A DNA stretch of 64,000 bases from Chlorokybus atmophyticus. Lineage: Eukaryota > Plantae > Mesostigma and Chlorokybus algae. Numbering within the stretch: position 1 is the first letter of the stretch; each line of letters starts with the position of its first letter. Below, piece by piece: positions 10,596-22,500 of this stretch. Under the pieces are notes generated by a model, which made no database searches, had not been told where the DNA came from, and was given only the letters and a program-made list of their open reading frames with translations. Location: positions 113,468-177,467 of the forward strand of contig RHPI01000017.1 in the NCBI GenBank assembly GCA_009103225.1, read 5' to 3'. The position numbers and the translations under genes are program-made.

Positions 10596-13500
10596 GTGTG
10601 AACAGGGCCACGCCCACGCTAGCAACTCAACAAGCGGTTAGTAGAGGAACAAAGGCAGTTTTAACAGTGTGTCTGGGCATAGGAACTCCTCCATTGCCAA
10701 TAACAACTTTGATTGACACCGGTTCCTCTTTATGTACTATGAATGCTGAATTTGCTCGACGTATGCGTTTTCAAATTGGCACAAGTGCACAGCCAGTGCG
10801 TATCACATTTGGAGATGGCAAAGCCTCAGCTACTACCACCGCATTTGTTGAAGTCCCTGTACATTTCAATCAGTTGCTACAAGACACCGTCACATTTTAT
10901 GTACTCCCCGGCCAATTATTCAGTGTTACTATCGGTTTCGATTGGATTATGAAGACTAAGTCCTGGTGTTCTGAAAAGGGACTCTGGCACCCACGTGCGG
11001 GACTTATACCTCGTTCGCCGTCAGAAATCAAGTCAGTACAATGTGCTATGACCGAAAATGAACGTGCTGACATCAAGAAACTAATCGCGAACCTGTCGGA
11101 CGTCATTGCCGCGACACACCCAACACAAACCAATCATGTACAGCACCACATTGTCACCGGCGACAGCCTGCCCATAAAAGTACCACGATATCGCAAATCC
11201 CCAAAAGAAAGTGCAATCATTGCCCTGTTCGTATCTGACATGCTTGCCAACCATATCATTGAGCCGTCATCCAGTCCCTGGTCAACTGAGCCGATCGTCG
11301 TCCCAAAAGCAAATGGTACCGATTTCCGTTTGGTAGTAGATTACCGCCGTCTCAACGCTGTCACCAAACCGGACAGATATCCGCTGCCGCTGATTGACGA
11401 TATTCTTGATAAACTCGGCGGCTCCCTTTATTTTTCAAAACTGGATCTGGCATCCGGCTATTGGCAAATACCCATGGCACCTGAGGACGCGGAAAAAACG
11501 GCGTTCCGCACTGATAAGGGTCTTTATCAATTTAAGGTTATGCCATTTGGTTTATGCAACGCCCCAGCAACATTTCAACGAACCATGGATAGTATTTTTC
11601 GTGGTAAAGAGGACTCGGTCTTGGTTTATGTGGATGATATTATTATATTCTCGAAATCTTGGGAGCAGCACATCCGAGACGTTGAGGCGGCAGTGGCAAG
11701 GTTACGACAGCACAAAATGCAAATTCGTTTATCAAAATGTGAATTTGGCATGAAGCAGCTGAAGTTTCTTGGCTATATTATATCCCGAGACGGTATTCAT
11801 GCAGATCCAGCAAAAACATTGGCCGTTGCTGATTTCCCACAACCTCATAATACCAAAGCGGTACGTAGGTTTTTAGGAATGTGTGCTTTCTATGTTCGCT
11901 TTATTCCCAACATGGCGGACATCAGTGAGCCGTTGCGCCGTCTACTGCATAAAAACACCCCATTCGAGTGGACTACATCATGCGAGAAAGCCTTTAATGC
12001 TCTGAAGTCCGTACTCTGCGCCGCCCCTGTACTCGCTTATCCGGACTTTACAAAAACATTTGTTGTAAGGACTGATGCTTCAGACGTGGGGATGGGAGCT
12101 GTACTGTGCCAAGAATACGACACCGGTATGCGTCCCATCCAATTTGTTAGCCGCGCACTGACCGGAGCCGAACAAAATTATTCCGCTACGGACAAGGAAT
12201 TAGCTGCTGTGATCTGGGCATTCAAGAAATTCCATTCTTACTTGCACGGTTCTGACGTAATTATTGAAACGGACCACCGACCGCTTCAGGGACTTTTTGC
12301 TAAACAAGATCTACGCGGCCGCGCGGCACGATGGGTAATGGCTATGCAACCATATACTTTTTCCATTCGCCCGCGGCCCGGTTGTGCTAATATGGACGCC
12401 GATGCACTTTCCCGCGCCCCACTTTCGGCGGCATGTGACATTTCCTGTGCGCTGCTGACGAGAGCCGCGGAGGAAGAAGAACCCGCCCCGATGATTGCAG
12501 ACCCCTCGCCGGCACCAACTCCCGGTACCACGAAGGACGACCCAGTACCCTCGTTGCAAGATGTCGCGCACGCGCAGCAGTCGGACACCTGGTGCCAGTC
12601 CCTACTGCAACAACTTACGGACGATTGGTGGACACCGTACGGGGAACAGCCGCCGCCGCAGCAACAGCGCTTTCAATTGGTGAGTGATATTCTATATTAT
12701 TTTGGAGAAAATGGCCAAGAACCTCCGAGACTGGTAGTACCGTCCACGCTTCGGCAACGGTACATGCAGGCCATGCATGATGATCGCTATGGCGGCGGCC
12801 ATTTTGGGCGTCTCAAGACCTTGGAAAAATTGCGGCGACATTTCTTTTGGCATCACATGAGAAAGGACGTACACGACTATGTGGGGAGCTGCCATCTGTG
12901 TCAAACGCGTAAATCCCCGTCCCAAATGCCACCTGGCTCTCTACAATCCATTAATGTTCAAAGACCATTTCAGCTTGTGGCATGGGACATAATGGGCCCG
13001 TTCCCTCGATCACGACGTGGCAATCAGTACGTATTGGTCATGACGGAGTATTTAACGCGGTGGGGCATAGCAAAAGCGATCCCAGCAGCCACGGCAAACG
13101 CCGTGGCGGCCTTTCTATTAGAATATTGCATTGCAGATCACGCTTGCCCGGAGCGCATTTTATCTGACCAAGGCAGTTCATTTAAGAATCAAGTATTGGA
13201 CCTTGTATGTCAACAACTCCACATCCAGCGCTCTTTTACAGCCCCTTACCATCCAGAAACAGATGGCCTGACAGAAAGATTAAACAGAACCCTCAAAGAC
13301 ACCATCTCAATGTACGTGGGCCGAGAGCTCGATAATTGGGACGATGTTGTGCCTATGGCTTTAGCCGCATATCGCTTCTCAGTACATGAGTCCACTGACA
13401 TCAGCCCTTTCGAAGCACTCTATGGACGCAAACCGGTTCTCCCGGCAGAAATAGGCTTATTAAATGACGAGTTAAACGTTGGACCCAAAAACGCAACCGG

Positions 13501-13903
13501 ATGGGCCCAATACGCGCGCACTTTCTTACAATCAATCCACAACGAAGCTACAGCAAACCTACGAAAAGCTCAAAACCGACAAAAACGCCAGTACGACGCA
13601 AATCACCGGAATATTTCATTCGCAATTGGCACCACGGCACTAGTACGAACACGGGTTTTGAAAAGGGGGCTAGGAAACAAACTAATTCATAAATGGACCG
13701 GACCCTACGAGGTAACAGAAAAGCTTTCCCCTGTGACGTATAAATTGAAACGAGCTGACGGTGTCAGAGCGACCGTGACCGTGGCTCATGTCTCGCGCAT
13801 GAAACCCTATGTCAATAGGGACATGACCGAAGGAGGGAGTGGTGTAACGGCGGTGGTCGCGAATCATCCACCGTCAACGTCATCACCATTATTACTAACC
13901 TAG
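10592..13903 (+). CDS. Gypsy F pol (PR-RT-RNase H-IN), -1 frame relative to gag
   Basis: LIDTGSS, FKVMPFGL, YVDD, TDASDVG, HHCC, WDIMGP, SDQG, TERLN, WTGPY. No stops; runs into the 3' LTR; no chromodomain. Confidence 0.97.
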   Translation: MSVNRATPTLATQQAVSRGTKAVLTVCLGIGTPPLPITTLIDTGSSLCTMNAEFARRMRFQIGTSAQPVRITFGDGKASATTTAFVEVPVHFNQLLQDTVTFYVLPGQLFSVTIGFDWIMKTKSWCSEKGLWHPRAGLIPRSPSEIKSVQCAMTENERADIKKLIANLSDVIAATHPTQTNHVQHHIVTGDSLPIKVPRYRKSPKESAIIALFVSDMLANHIIEPSSSPWSTEPIVVPKANGTDFRLVVDYRRLNAVTKPDRYPLPLIDDILDKLGGSLYFSKLDLASGYWQIPMAPEDAEKTAFRTDKGLYQFKVMPFGLCNAPATFQRTMDSIFRGKEDSVLVYVDDIIIFSKSWEQHIRDVEAAVARLRQHKMQIRLSKCEFGMKQLKFLGYIISRDGIHADPAKTLAVADFPQPHNTKAVRRFLGMCAFYVRFIPNMADISEPLRRLLHKNTPFEWTTSCEKAFNALKSVLCAAPVLAYPDFTKTFVVRTDASDVGMGAVLCQEYDTGMRPIQFVSRALTGAEQNYSATDKELAAVIWAFKKFHSYLHGSDVIIETDHRPLQGLFAKQDLRGRAARWVMAMQPYTFSIRPRPGCANMDADALSRAPLSAACDISCALLTRAAEEEEPAPMIADPSPAPTPGTTKDDPVPSLQDVAHAQQSDTWCQSLLQQLTDDWWTPYGEQPPPQQQRFQLVSDILYYFGENGQEPPRLVVPSTLRQRYMQAMHDDRYGGGHFGRLKTLEKLRRHFFWHHMRKDVHDYVGSCHLCQTRKSPSQMPPGSLQSINVQRPFQLVAWDIMGPFPRSRRGNQYVLVMTEYLTRWGIAKAIPAATANAVAAFLLEYCIADHACPERILSDQGSSFKNQVLDLVCQQLHIQRSFTAPYHPETDGLTERLNRTLKDTISMYVGRELDNWDDVVPMALAAYRFSVHESTDISPFEALYGRKPVLPAEIGLLNDELNVGPKNATGWAQYARTFLQSIHNEATANLRKAQNRQKRQYDANHRNISFAIGTTALVRTRVLKRGLGNKLIHKWTGPYEVTEKLSPVTYKLKRADGVRATVTVAHVSRMKPYVNRDMTEGGSGVTAVVANHPPSTSSPLLLT

Positions 13904-14509
13904 CTAGAAGTTTCGGTAACTTAGAAGCTTCGTTAGGTGTAGTATAAAAGACGCTCACTGCCTTTGTTAACGCGTTCTGATTTCGCCTGTCATTTGCCGT
14001 TGTCATCTTGCTGCCGCCGTGCATGCCTTTAGTTTAGGTTTGCTTCAGGTTCCAGGCGCGGAGTCGAGTCCGGAGTCTGGAGACTTCCAGGCGCTGTAGA
14101 AGAAACGTTGTAGCTCGGTGGTTACGTCATTGTATGGCGCGTGTCATAGCTTGTTGGAAAGCTCATGAAAGTACCTACGTGGTGCAACTTAGAGCGCAGG
14201 AATCGGTTGAGTGTAGAAGTCGTGGTGGCTTCTAGAGTAGACAGGTGCAGAACTGGCGGGTATAAAAGCCCGCGGTATGACTTTGTTGTAATCCTTAGAA
14301 AGCCTTGTGGATCAGCCTTGTGTGTATGCTCTGGTAGAGTGTGTGTACTTGTGCTTGCACCAACTCCATGCATGGTCAGTAGTGTCCGAATCTCAACAGG
14401 TTATGGGCCCACACTACGCTGGTCTAGCAAGTGTCTAGAGGCGTGATAACGGCAGTAGGCTAGGCAAGGAGTTCTAGCTAAGTCTTGTGAGGTTGGGTTG
14501 AGTCCTGGA

Positions 14510-16192
14510 AGATGGCAACCAACTACGACAAGGTGACCGTGGAGCCTTTGAACGTGGACAACTACAACACATGGAGCGTGCGCATGAAGATGTTGCTGGT
14601 ACACAAAGACTTGTAGGAGTGGGTGGACCCGGAGGAGGCTGACCCTATGTCTACAAGGCAGAGTTCGGTGTTTAGGCAGCAAAGTGGGAGAGCGCTTGCC
14701 CTGATCGGTCTCAACGTGAAGGATCACTTGGTGTTGGTGGATGGCTGCAAGACTGCACGAGAAGCTTGGGAGAAATTGGCATCGCACTTCAAGGCGAAGA
14801 ATAGCGAGGAAGGTGCAGCTGAAGAGAGAGCTCGCTGGGTTGAAGAAGCAAGGCGCAGCGGAGCCTCTTACCAAGTATGTGTCGCGTGCACGAGAGTTGC
14901 AGAAGGACCTTCAAGGCGTTGGCTATGAGGTGAAAGAGTCCGAGTTGGTGTGGCAAGTACTGTCTGGGTTGCCTGAAGAGTATGACACGGTGATCACGGT
15001 CTTTGAGGGCTTGGAGGCAGAACCCACGGTGGACGAGGTGGTTCCAAGATTGCTGCAAGTGGAGTCGAGGCTGGCGAAGAAGCATGAGGAAGGCCCAGAG
15101 GCGTTGGCTTTCTCAGCGACTTCAGGAAGAGGTACTGATCGTTTTCAGCATGGGTCTGGGCGTTTCAGTGGTGATGGTGGCGGTTCTAGTGGTGGTGGTA
15201 GAGGAGCGTCAAGGAGTGACAGGGTCTGCTACTATTGCGGGAAGAAGGGCCACATCAGGGTGCATTGCTCGATGAGGAAGCAGCACGAAGAGGAGCGTGG
15301 TGGAGAGAAGCATCATGCCATGACGGGATGTGTTCAAGAGACGCCTATTGCCTTTCATGCAACAACGGATGGTGAGGCAGCTGGGTGGGTGCTGGACTCG
15401 GGTTGCACGAGGCATATGACGGGTGATTGTGAAAAGTTGGCGAAGTACAAGGTCTTGGAGAAACCTATGAAGGTGAAGTTCGGCAAGACAGAGGTGTTCG
15501 CGGTTGGTGTAGGGGAAGCTAAACTCCTGTCCCAGGTTGGAGGAAGGACGAGGCAAGTGTTGTTGAGAGAGGTTTTGTATGTCCCAGGGCTAGAGGTTAG
15601 CCTATTCTCTGTGCGCATCGCGGCGAGAGTTGGTGCTGTGACAGTGTTTGGTGGGGACATAGGAAGGGTAGTGCTGCGTGGTGTTACAGAGTTGGTTGGC
15701 ATCAACGTTGGAGGGCTCTACATCATTAAGGAGGTCAAGGGTGCGGAGATGCACAAGAAGACCAAGGTGGAGGTGTCCAAGTCAGCACCGGTTCTGAAGA
15801 AGATGAAGAAGAAGGCCAAGGTCGAGCCTGTTACTCGTAAGGGAGCAGGAGCTCAAGAGAAGGTGACGAATAGCGTGTCACATGCGAGTGGTGGAGTGAT
15901 GCCACGTGTGGAGGTTGCTGGTGGTGTCAAGAAGGCTGAAGGTGCAGTTCCGGAGCCCGTGGGAGCCAAAGGAGGCGTTGGCATCAGCAAGGACAAGAAG
16001 GAGAAGCATGGTGGTGGTGGTGTGCAGGACGTTGCCGAGAGTGAGCACGTGGGAGCACATGCAAATGACCATAAGAGTTGCAATAAGGGTGTGCAAGTGA
16101 AGAGCTTCAAGGAGGCGCTCATGAGAGGTGCGGGAAGTGTTTTCAAGATGGTTGGAAGAGCAAAGGATGGCGTGGGAGTTCGTCGCGCATAA
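14510..16192 (+). pseudogene. Element E gag-protease ORF with K/E/G-rich tail
   Basis: MATNYDK..NYNTW, then a stop and frameshift. CYYCGKKGHIRVHC, WVLDSGCTRHMT, GGLY, then low-complexity sequence with no integrase motifs. Confidence 0.9.
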
Positions 16193-16246
16193 GTACGCAA
16201 GGAGTTGGCATCGAAGGTGTTTAAAGCCAAGCTGCCCGCGTGGGAG

Positions 16247-16715
16247 CCTTGAGGATATTCTTGTATCCGGTCAGCTTGCCCTATGGATAAGAATCGCCTC
16301 GAGAAGATTCAGGCGCGAGAAGGTTCCAATCGAGAAAGGTCCAGGCGAGGACTTCAGTCGAGAAGGTTCCAGGCGCGGAGTCGAGTCCGGAGTCTGGAGA
16401 CTTCCAGGCGCTGTAGAAGAAACGTTGTAGCTCGGTGGTTACGTCATTGTATGGCGCGTGTCATAGCTTGTTGGAAAGCTCATAAAAGTACCTACGTGGT
16501 GCAACTTAGAGCGCAGGAATCGGTTGAGTGTAGAAGTCGTGGTGGCTTCTAGAGTAGACAGGTGCAGAACTGGCGGGTATAAAAGCCCGCGGTATGACTT
16601 TGTTGTAATCCTTAGAAAGCCTTGTGGATCAGCCTTGTGTGTATGCTCTGGTAGAGTGTGTGTACTTGTGCTTGCACCAACTCCATGCATGGTCAGTAGT
16701 GTCCGAATCTCAACA
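16247..16715 (+). repeat. 3' LTR of element E (starts CC instead of TG)
   Basis: Matches the split 5' LTR and the solo LTR; preceded by CGCGTGGGAG, as is the D 3' LTR. Confidence 0.95.
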
Positions 16716-16720
16716 GAAGT

Positions 16721-19175
16721 TGCTGGAGCTGTGCGCACAGTTGTGGCCTTGTTGGAGACGCAATCTAGCAACAAGATGAAGGCAATGAGGAGTGACCGAG
16801 GAGGGGAGTACATCAACAAGGAGTTGAAGGAGTTTTTCGCCAGCAAGGGCATACGCCACGAGACAACGGCACTCTACACCCCGCAGCAGAATGGAGCAGC
16901 TGAAAGGACGCCTCAAAAGGACACTCTTGGAGCGTGTTCGAGCCATGCTCAATGACACCAGGATGGACGACAGTATGTGGAAGGAGGCGGTACTCAATGC
17001 CAACTACATCCGCAACAGGTCTCCGGTGAGCTCAGAGCAGAAGACTCCGTGGGAGCACTTCTATGGAGCCACACCAGATGTGAGTGGTATGCGTGTGTTT
17101 GGATGCACGGCATATGCACTAGTGCCCAAACAGCTCAGGCACAAGCTGGAGCCGGTCAGCAAGAAGGGCATCTTTGTTGGCTATGAACCGAGTTCCAAGG
17201 CTTACAGGATCTTACTCGAGGACACTCAGAAGATCATGAGCAGAGAGGTGGTTTTCCATGAGGGATTATCACGACCGGAAGCAGGCTTCTTGCCTGAAGA
17301 TGAAGCACAGCCGGAGCATCCTGAAACAGTGGAGGCTACAGGCAAGGCCATCATCAACAACAAGGGTGAGCAGGACTCAGCCGCAGCAGACCAAGAGGAG
17401 CCGTACCAACAGCAGGAGCACGCAGCTCGGAGATACCCAGTGAGGGAGAGAAAGGCACCTGACTTCTTACACAAGGCACACGTCGCCAGTGTGCAGAATG
17501 AGGAGCCAAGCACCTACGAGGAGGCATTGTTAGCACCAGATGCGGAGCAATGGCAGCGTGCTATGGACGAGGAGATTGCGTCACTCCATGCCAACAACAC
17601 TTGGTCACTGGAGCAGTTACCGCAAGGAGTGAAGACCATTCCAGTGAAATGGGTCTTTAAGGTGAAGCGTGATGGTCAGGGCAACATTGAGCGCTACAAG
17701 GCAAGACTGGTGGCAAAGGGCTTCTTGCAGCAGGAAGGTGTGGACTTCACCAAAGTGTTTGCACCTGCAAGTAAGCATACCACCTTCCGTGCACTGCTAG
17801 CTGTGGTTGCTGCTGAGGACCTCAAGCTGCATCACCTCGACGTGAAGACTGCCTTCCTCTACGGAGAGCTGGAGGAGGAGATCTTTATCGAGCAACCACC
17901 TGGATATGAAGAAGGGGAGAGAGGCACAGCGTGCAAGCTGATCAAGGCACTGTACGGGCTGCGACAGGCACCGCGTATTTGGCACATCAAGCTCACCAAG
18001 GAGCTGGAGGCACTTGGCTTCACCGCATCCTCTGCAGACCCTGGGCTCTTCATCCATGCAGACAGCAAGGTCTGGCTGCTCGTATATGTTGATGACATCA
18101 TCATCACCGCCAGGCAGGTGCACCACCTGCAGGAGACGAAACTTGCTCTACAGCAAGCATTCTCAGTTCGTGATCTTGGAGAGGCCAAGTGGTTCCTTGG
18201 CATGGTGGTTGAGCGCGACAGGGTCGCTCGCACAATCAAGATCAGTCAGGAGTAGATGGTGAGCAGACTCGTCACCAAGTTCGGGCTCCGAGCCACTGAA
18301 GCGAGTGAGTCACTGAAGCGAAGACTAAGACCACACCGTTGGCACTTGGCACTGCCCTTATCAAGGCAAAGGATGAGGACGTACTCGACAAGGCTCAGTA
18401 TCCATATGGTGAGCTGGTAGGCAGCATGCTCTATCTGGCAGTGTGCACACGTCCCGATGTTGCACATGCTGTGGGAGTACTTGCTCGCTACATGTCTGCA
18501 CCGAGCATGGAGCACTGGAGAGCAATAAAGGGAGTACTACGCTATGTTGCTGGGAGCGCAACAGTTGGCATCAAGTTTGAGAGCGGGAGCACTGAGTTGG
18601 AGGGCTACTGCGACTCGTACTTTGCTGGTGACCTCAACAGCAGGAGGTCCACCACAGGCTACGTCTTCAAGCTGAACGGAGGCGTGGTGAGCTGGAACAG
18701 CAGGCTGCAGCCAACAACAGCAGCATCTACATTAGAGGCTGAGTACATGGCAGCGGCAGCAGCAGTAAAGGAGGCACTCTGGCTTCGCAAGCTCATGGCA
18801 GACTTGGAGCACCCCATGGCGTGCATCGTCATCAACTGTGACAACCAAGGAGCCATCAAGTTGTTGAAGCACCCTATCGCCTCGGCAAGGACGAAGCACA
18901 TTGATGTCATGCATCACTTTGTGCGTGACAGAGTCACAAGGAAGGTGGTGGAGTTCCAGTATTGCAACACTGAGGGCATGTTGGCGGACTTCATGACAAA
19001 GCCATTGTCACCGCTCAAGTTAAGACTTGTTGCGCAGGACTTGGCATCTGTGTTTGACTATAGGAGCAAGCGTCGGAGGTCAAGCTGCTCGCGTGGGAGT
19101 GTTGAGAGTCATTCCTACATACGATTAGCATCGACCCTCCACACAGGAGTAGAAGGTCGTAAGGACGAGCACTAG
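16721..19175 (+). pseudogene. Copia D pol, 3' part (integrase core, RT, RNase H)
   Basis: RSDRGGEY, QQNGAAER, YKARLVAKGF, LDVKTAFL, VYVDD, KHIDVMHHF. Frameshifts near 16910 and 18340 and a stop at 18253. Confidence 0.95.
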
Positions 19176-19532
19176 GTCCGGACTTAGCAAGATGGCGTCG
19201 TCGGATCAGACTCCGGACTCCAGACTGGAGCCTTTCTAACTGCTTCATATCTCCGCATATACTTACTCATATTAGGCGTGTAAGAGCTTGTTGAGAAGCT
19301 CTGATTGTAAGAAAGACAACGCAGCTTAGAGAGAGAGAGCGCGTCAAAAGGCTGAGTATAGCTTACGCAATGCTTGCAAACGTAGACGTGTGTGTAACTG
19401 GCTGGTATAAGAACCAGCGGACAACTTGTAATAGATGAATGTGATGTGACTTGTGTATGCTCTGGTGGCGGTAGCTCTGTCTCTGTGTGTCTATGCTTGC
19501 CTCAACTACATGTGCATGCTAGTCCTTCAACA
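19100..19532 (+). repeat. 3' LTR of Copia D
   Basis: Copy of 7108-7532 with about ten substitutions and an (AG)n expansion. Confidence 0.97.
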
Positions 19533-22500
19533 TAGCACAGCCAAGCACATCTCCTGTTCCTCGCCAGAGACGTCACCGATGATGAAGTCGGCATGTTGCG
19601 CCATGACAGTGCGCCAGATGAACTGCTTGGAGATGCCGCCGGTAAAAGAACTATAGTCGCTGCCAGTGGCAGCATATATAAGCAGCAGCCACCAGCCCCG
19701 CTTGTCGACACGCATGCTGCGCACTTGATGCATCGCGCTCACATGCTCGTGCAGGGTGTTGATGTGGATGAATGGGGGGCGCGTTGAGCCAGAGGAATGC
19801 TGCGCGACCTATACGGAGACGTCCTTCATCACGGAGTCACAGCTCTCCGTCCTTGCCACGCCGATTATCGTGACATCAGGTGAGTAGATGAGGATGTTGT
19901 TGTACGGTGCGTTGTGCGCATGCACCCACACCCTTGAATCCGCCTTTCCATGGTTGCATGCGTAATCGTCCACATCATACACTGCAGTTTGGTTGTCACT
20001 GTCCCGAATCACCACTCTGGCTAAGTCACCAAACTCTGCATTGTCTGACCCACCAGCAAACACCACCTCCTGACTCGGCCGCAAGTATTCTTGCAGCATG
20101 GATGGCATATGCTCTGTCACCAGGTCACACAGGGAACGCTTCAGGCTGCGATCCTGCAACACATCATGCCAAGATCGCGGCAGCTTTGTCTAAAGCGTCA
20201 GACCACCCCCTGAAGAGGACGCTGCGCTGTCACGAGATCGCTGGTGTGAAGACTTCACACCAATTTGCAATCTTGGTGTGTCAAACACTACATGGACGCT
20301 TCACACGGTGGGATTGGCAAGACGGCTGAGGTTTGACGTACACATAAGGTGCTGCAGGTAATCTTTAATGGTCGGCCGTCAGTGATGTGGCATTCCTTAT
20401 TGATCAGGAACATGCCCTCCAGGATGATGCAGTCCACTCCAACTGGAGGTGTGCGGCTCCAGCAGGGTGCATCCATGCCAGCGACTTCCGCCAAGAGCTT
20501 GGACTTGTCATCAGAGCGCATCTTGCCAGTCAACTCATTAAATTGAGCCCAAGGGTGTTCGCAGTACCTGGCTGTGACGGTATCGCGATCTGCTCCTGAG
20601 GAAACAAGGCGCTTTGCCACCAACATTTGCTGTCGGTACTGTTTCAGCACGGGTGTTTGCTTGCTCATGCGCTTAGTTGCCGGTGCCATTGTCTTCAAGT
20701 TGAACCTGCGACTAACTTTAAAAGGTGGTGCTTCTCTGCAGACCTCGACCTCAACAAACGACTTCAGCGCTTTCGCACCCACTTGGTATTGGCGCATAAG
20801 ATCAGCGGCCGCTGCAGCAGGCGCCAGCTTCCCCAATGTTAGGTGGGTCAACTGCAACTGATGTGGGCGCGCCAATGCCTGTGTGTTGATCAGCAACTCC
20901 GACATGTGCTCCAGGTCACTGCCACACCGTGCTGCGTCCTTCGAGAGGCTGCGCATCACCCTCGCATGATCATCGTCAGCGTCATCATCCAACTCATTGT
21001 TAACAAGCGTGTTGTCCAGCAACAGCTGCTTTTGCAATTGCTTATGTAACTGGCTGCGTTCAATCAGGTATACTGATTTCTGCTGCAACTGCTCTATAAT
21101 TGGCCGGTAGAGACACATCTTCATATCTCGGTTCATCTGCGACTCATGTGCCTCATCGAGTGCAACCATCCTTCCAGCAGCACCAGTCAGACTAAGTGCG
21201 AAGCCACCAGATGCCAACATGTCACGCAAGTCCGGCGGCACGAGCTGCAGGTCCCCTAAGTGCAATGTCATTAGCCGCTGATAGTGATAGCGATCCCAAG
21301 CGAACGGCAGGGGGCTGAGACCCTTCCATGTGGCCATGTGCAGGTGCCAGATCTTCTGGCGCACCGAATAGAACAAGCCCAGGTAATTTAGCATGTCAAA
21401 ATGCACAAAGTTCCACCAGAGCTGCCATGTGTGGTCTATCTTGGCCTGCTCAGCACACCATTGACGGAAGCAAGTGGCCGACATGGTTGCCATCACCCCA
21501 TGCTCCGTCAAATCGGCTCTGCATATGTATATGATTTCGATGCACTCACCCTCCACCCACAACTTATACTTATGCCTGTACAAGGCCTCCCACACCTTGC
21601 AAAGGAAGTTATGTATCTTCTTCCAATGCGACCCGTCCGCTAAGTGGTTGCGTGCAGTTGATGCTGAGAATCCAGCTTCAAGGGACATTGTATCCAGCCC
21701 GGCGTCCCATGCCATCTTCATCAACACGAGCTGCATGTTCATTAGCACATAAAAATCGCCCGGCAGCGGCACCACCGAGTCCCAATAACCAGGCTCAGCC
21801 TTCTTGAGGGCGTGCATCAGAGCAAACGTTTTCTGGTCGCCAGTCACGCATATTGTGCTATTGCCGTCATTGATGCCCACCTTGGCACGCAGTTGGAGCA
21901 GAGCGTGCTTAAGATTGTCTATGTTGTCAGGGCAGAATGGCAGCACAGGCAGGTACTCGATGTCATTGGCAACCACACCAGCCTCTCCCATGCATATGTG
22001 TAAGTATCTGGCCCAATCCTGCTTGAGCGTTGGCAATGCTGATTGATCTCGTTGCTGCATTCGCAATAAGACAGTGTTGTGCATTGTGTTTTGGAATGAC
22101 TCCAGCGCTGCTGTCTCTGCTGGCCGCATGCAGAGTATGTGTTCGCTTTGCAGAACAGTATGTGCATGCGGCATTGGAGCTGGCGGCGGCATCGGTTCAG
22201 CGCAGGGAGGCTGCGCCAGCGACTCTGCCAGAGTTGTATTTCGGGATGGCTGCCACCAAAGGTCACATGACGTCAGCACAATGGCCTCCACAACACAGCG
22301 CAGGTACAGCGTCATCCAATAGATTAATACCAATCTCACCTGCAGCGTCAATGGCAACTGCTGAGCCCGCCCAATGGTCGACGTGAGTTGTGTCGAGGTT
22401 GCGTGGATGTCTCCTCCATGCCTGCCCTTGTAGCGTGCCTGGTGCCCAGCCTTACAGTCCAGGTTGTTGATGGATGCCAGGACATGCATGTCAGCCCTTG

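Larger units (their letters stand above)
9357..14047 (+). mobile_element. Gypsy LTR retrotransposon F, apparently intact
   Basis: Identical 205-bp LTRs (9357-9561, 13843-14047), 4-bp TSD GGTT, PBS TGGTGGAGACGCGGGG (tRNA-Ala-like) at 9563, PPT AAGGAGGGAGTGG. Confidence 0.98.
9235..16715 (+). mobile_element. Element E: non-autonomous Copia-type LTR element (gag + protease only)
   Basis: TSD GAAGT (9230-9234, 16716-16720). 5' LTR 9235-14398 is split by F; 3' LTR is 16247-16715. The interior lacks IN, RT and RH. About 2.8 kb without F. Confidence 0.93.
7108..19532 (+). mobile_element. Copia LTR retrotransposon D (full-length, decayed, hosts E and F)
   Basis: LTRs at 7108-7532 and 19100-19532 (TGTTG...CAACA, roughly 97% identical by eye). 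TSD CAGCA/TAGCA (one mismatch). PBS and PPT present; order is gag-PR-IN-RT-RH. Confidence 0.97.
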
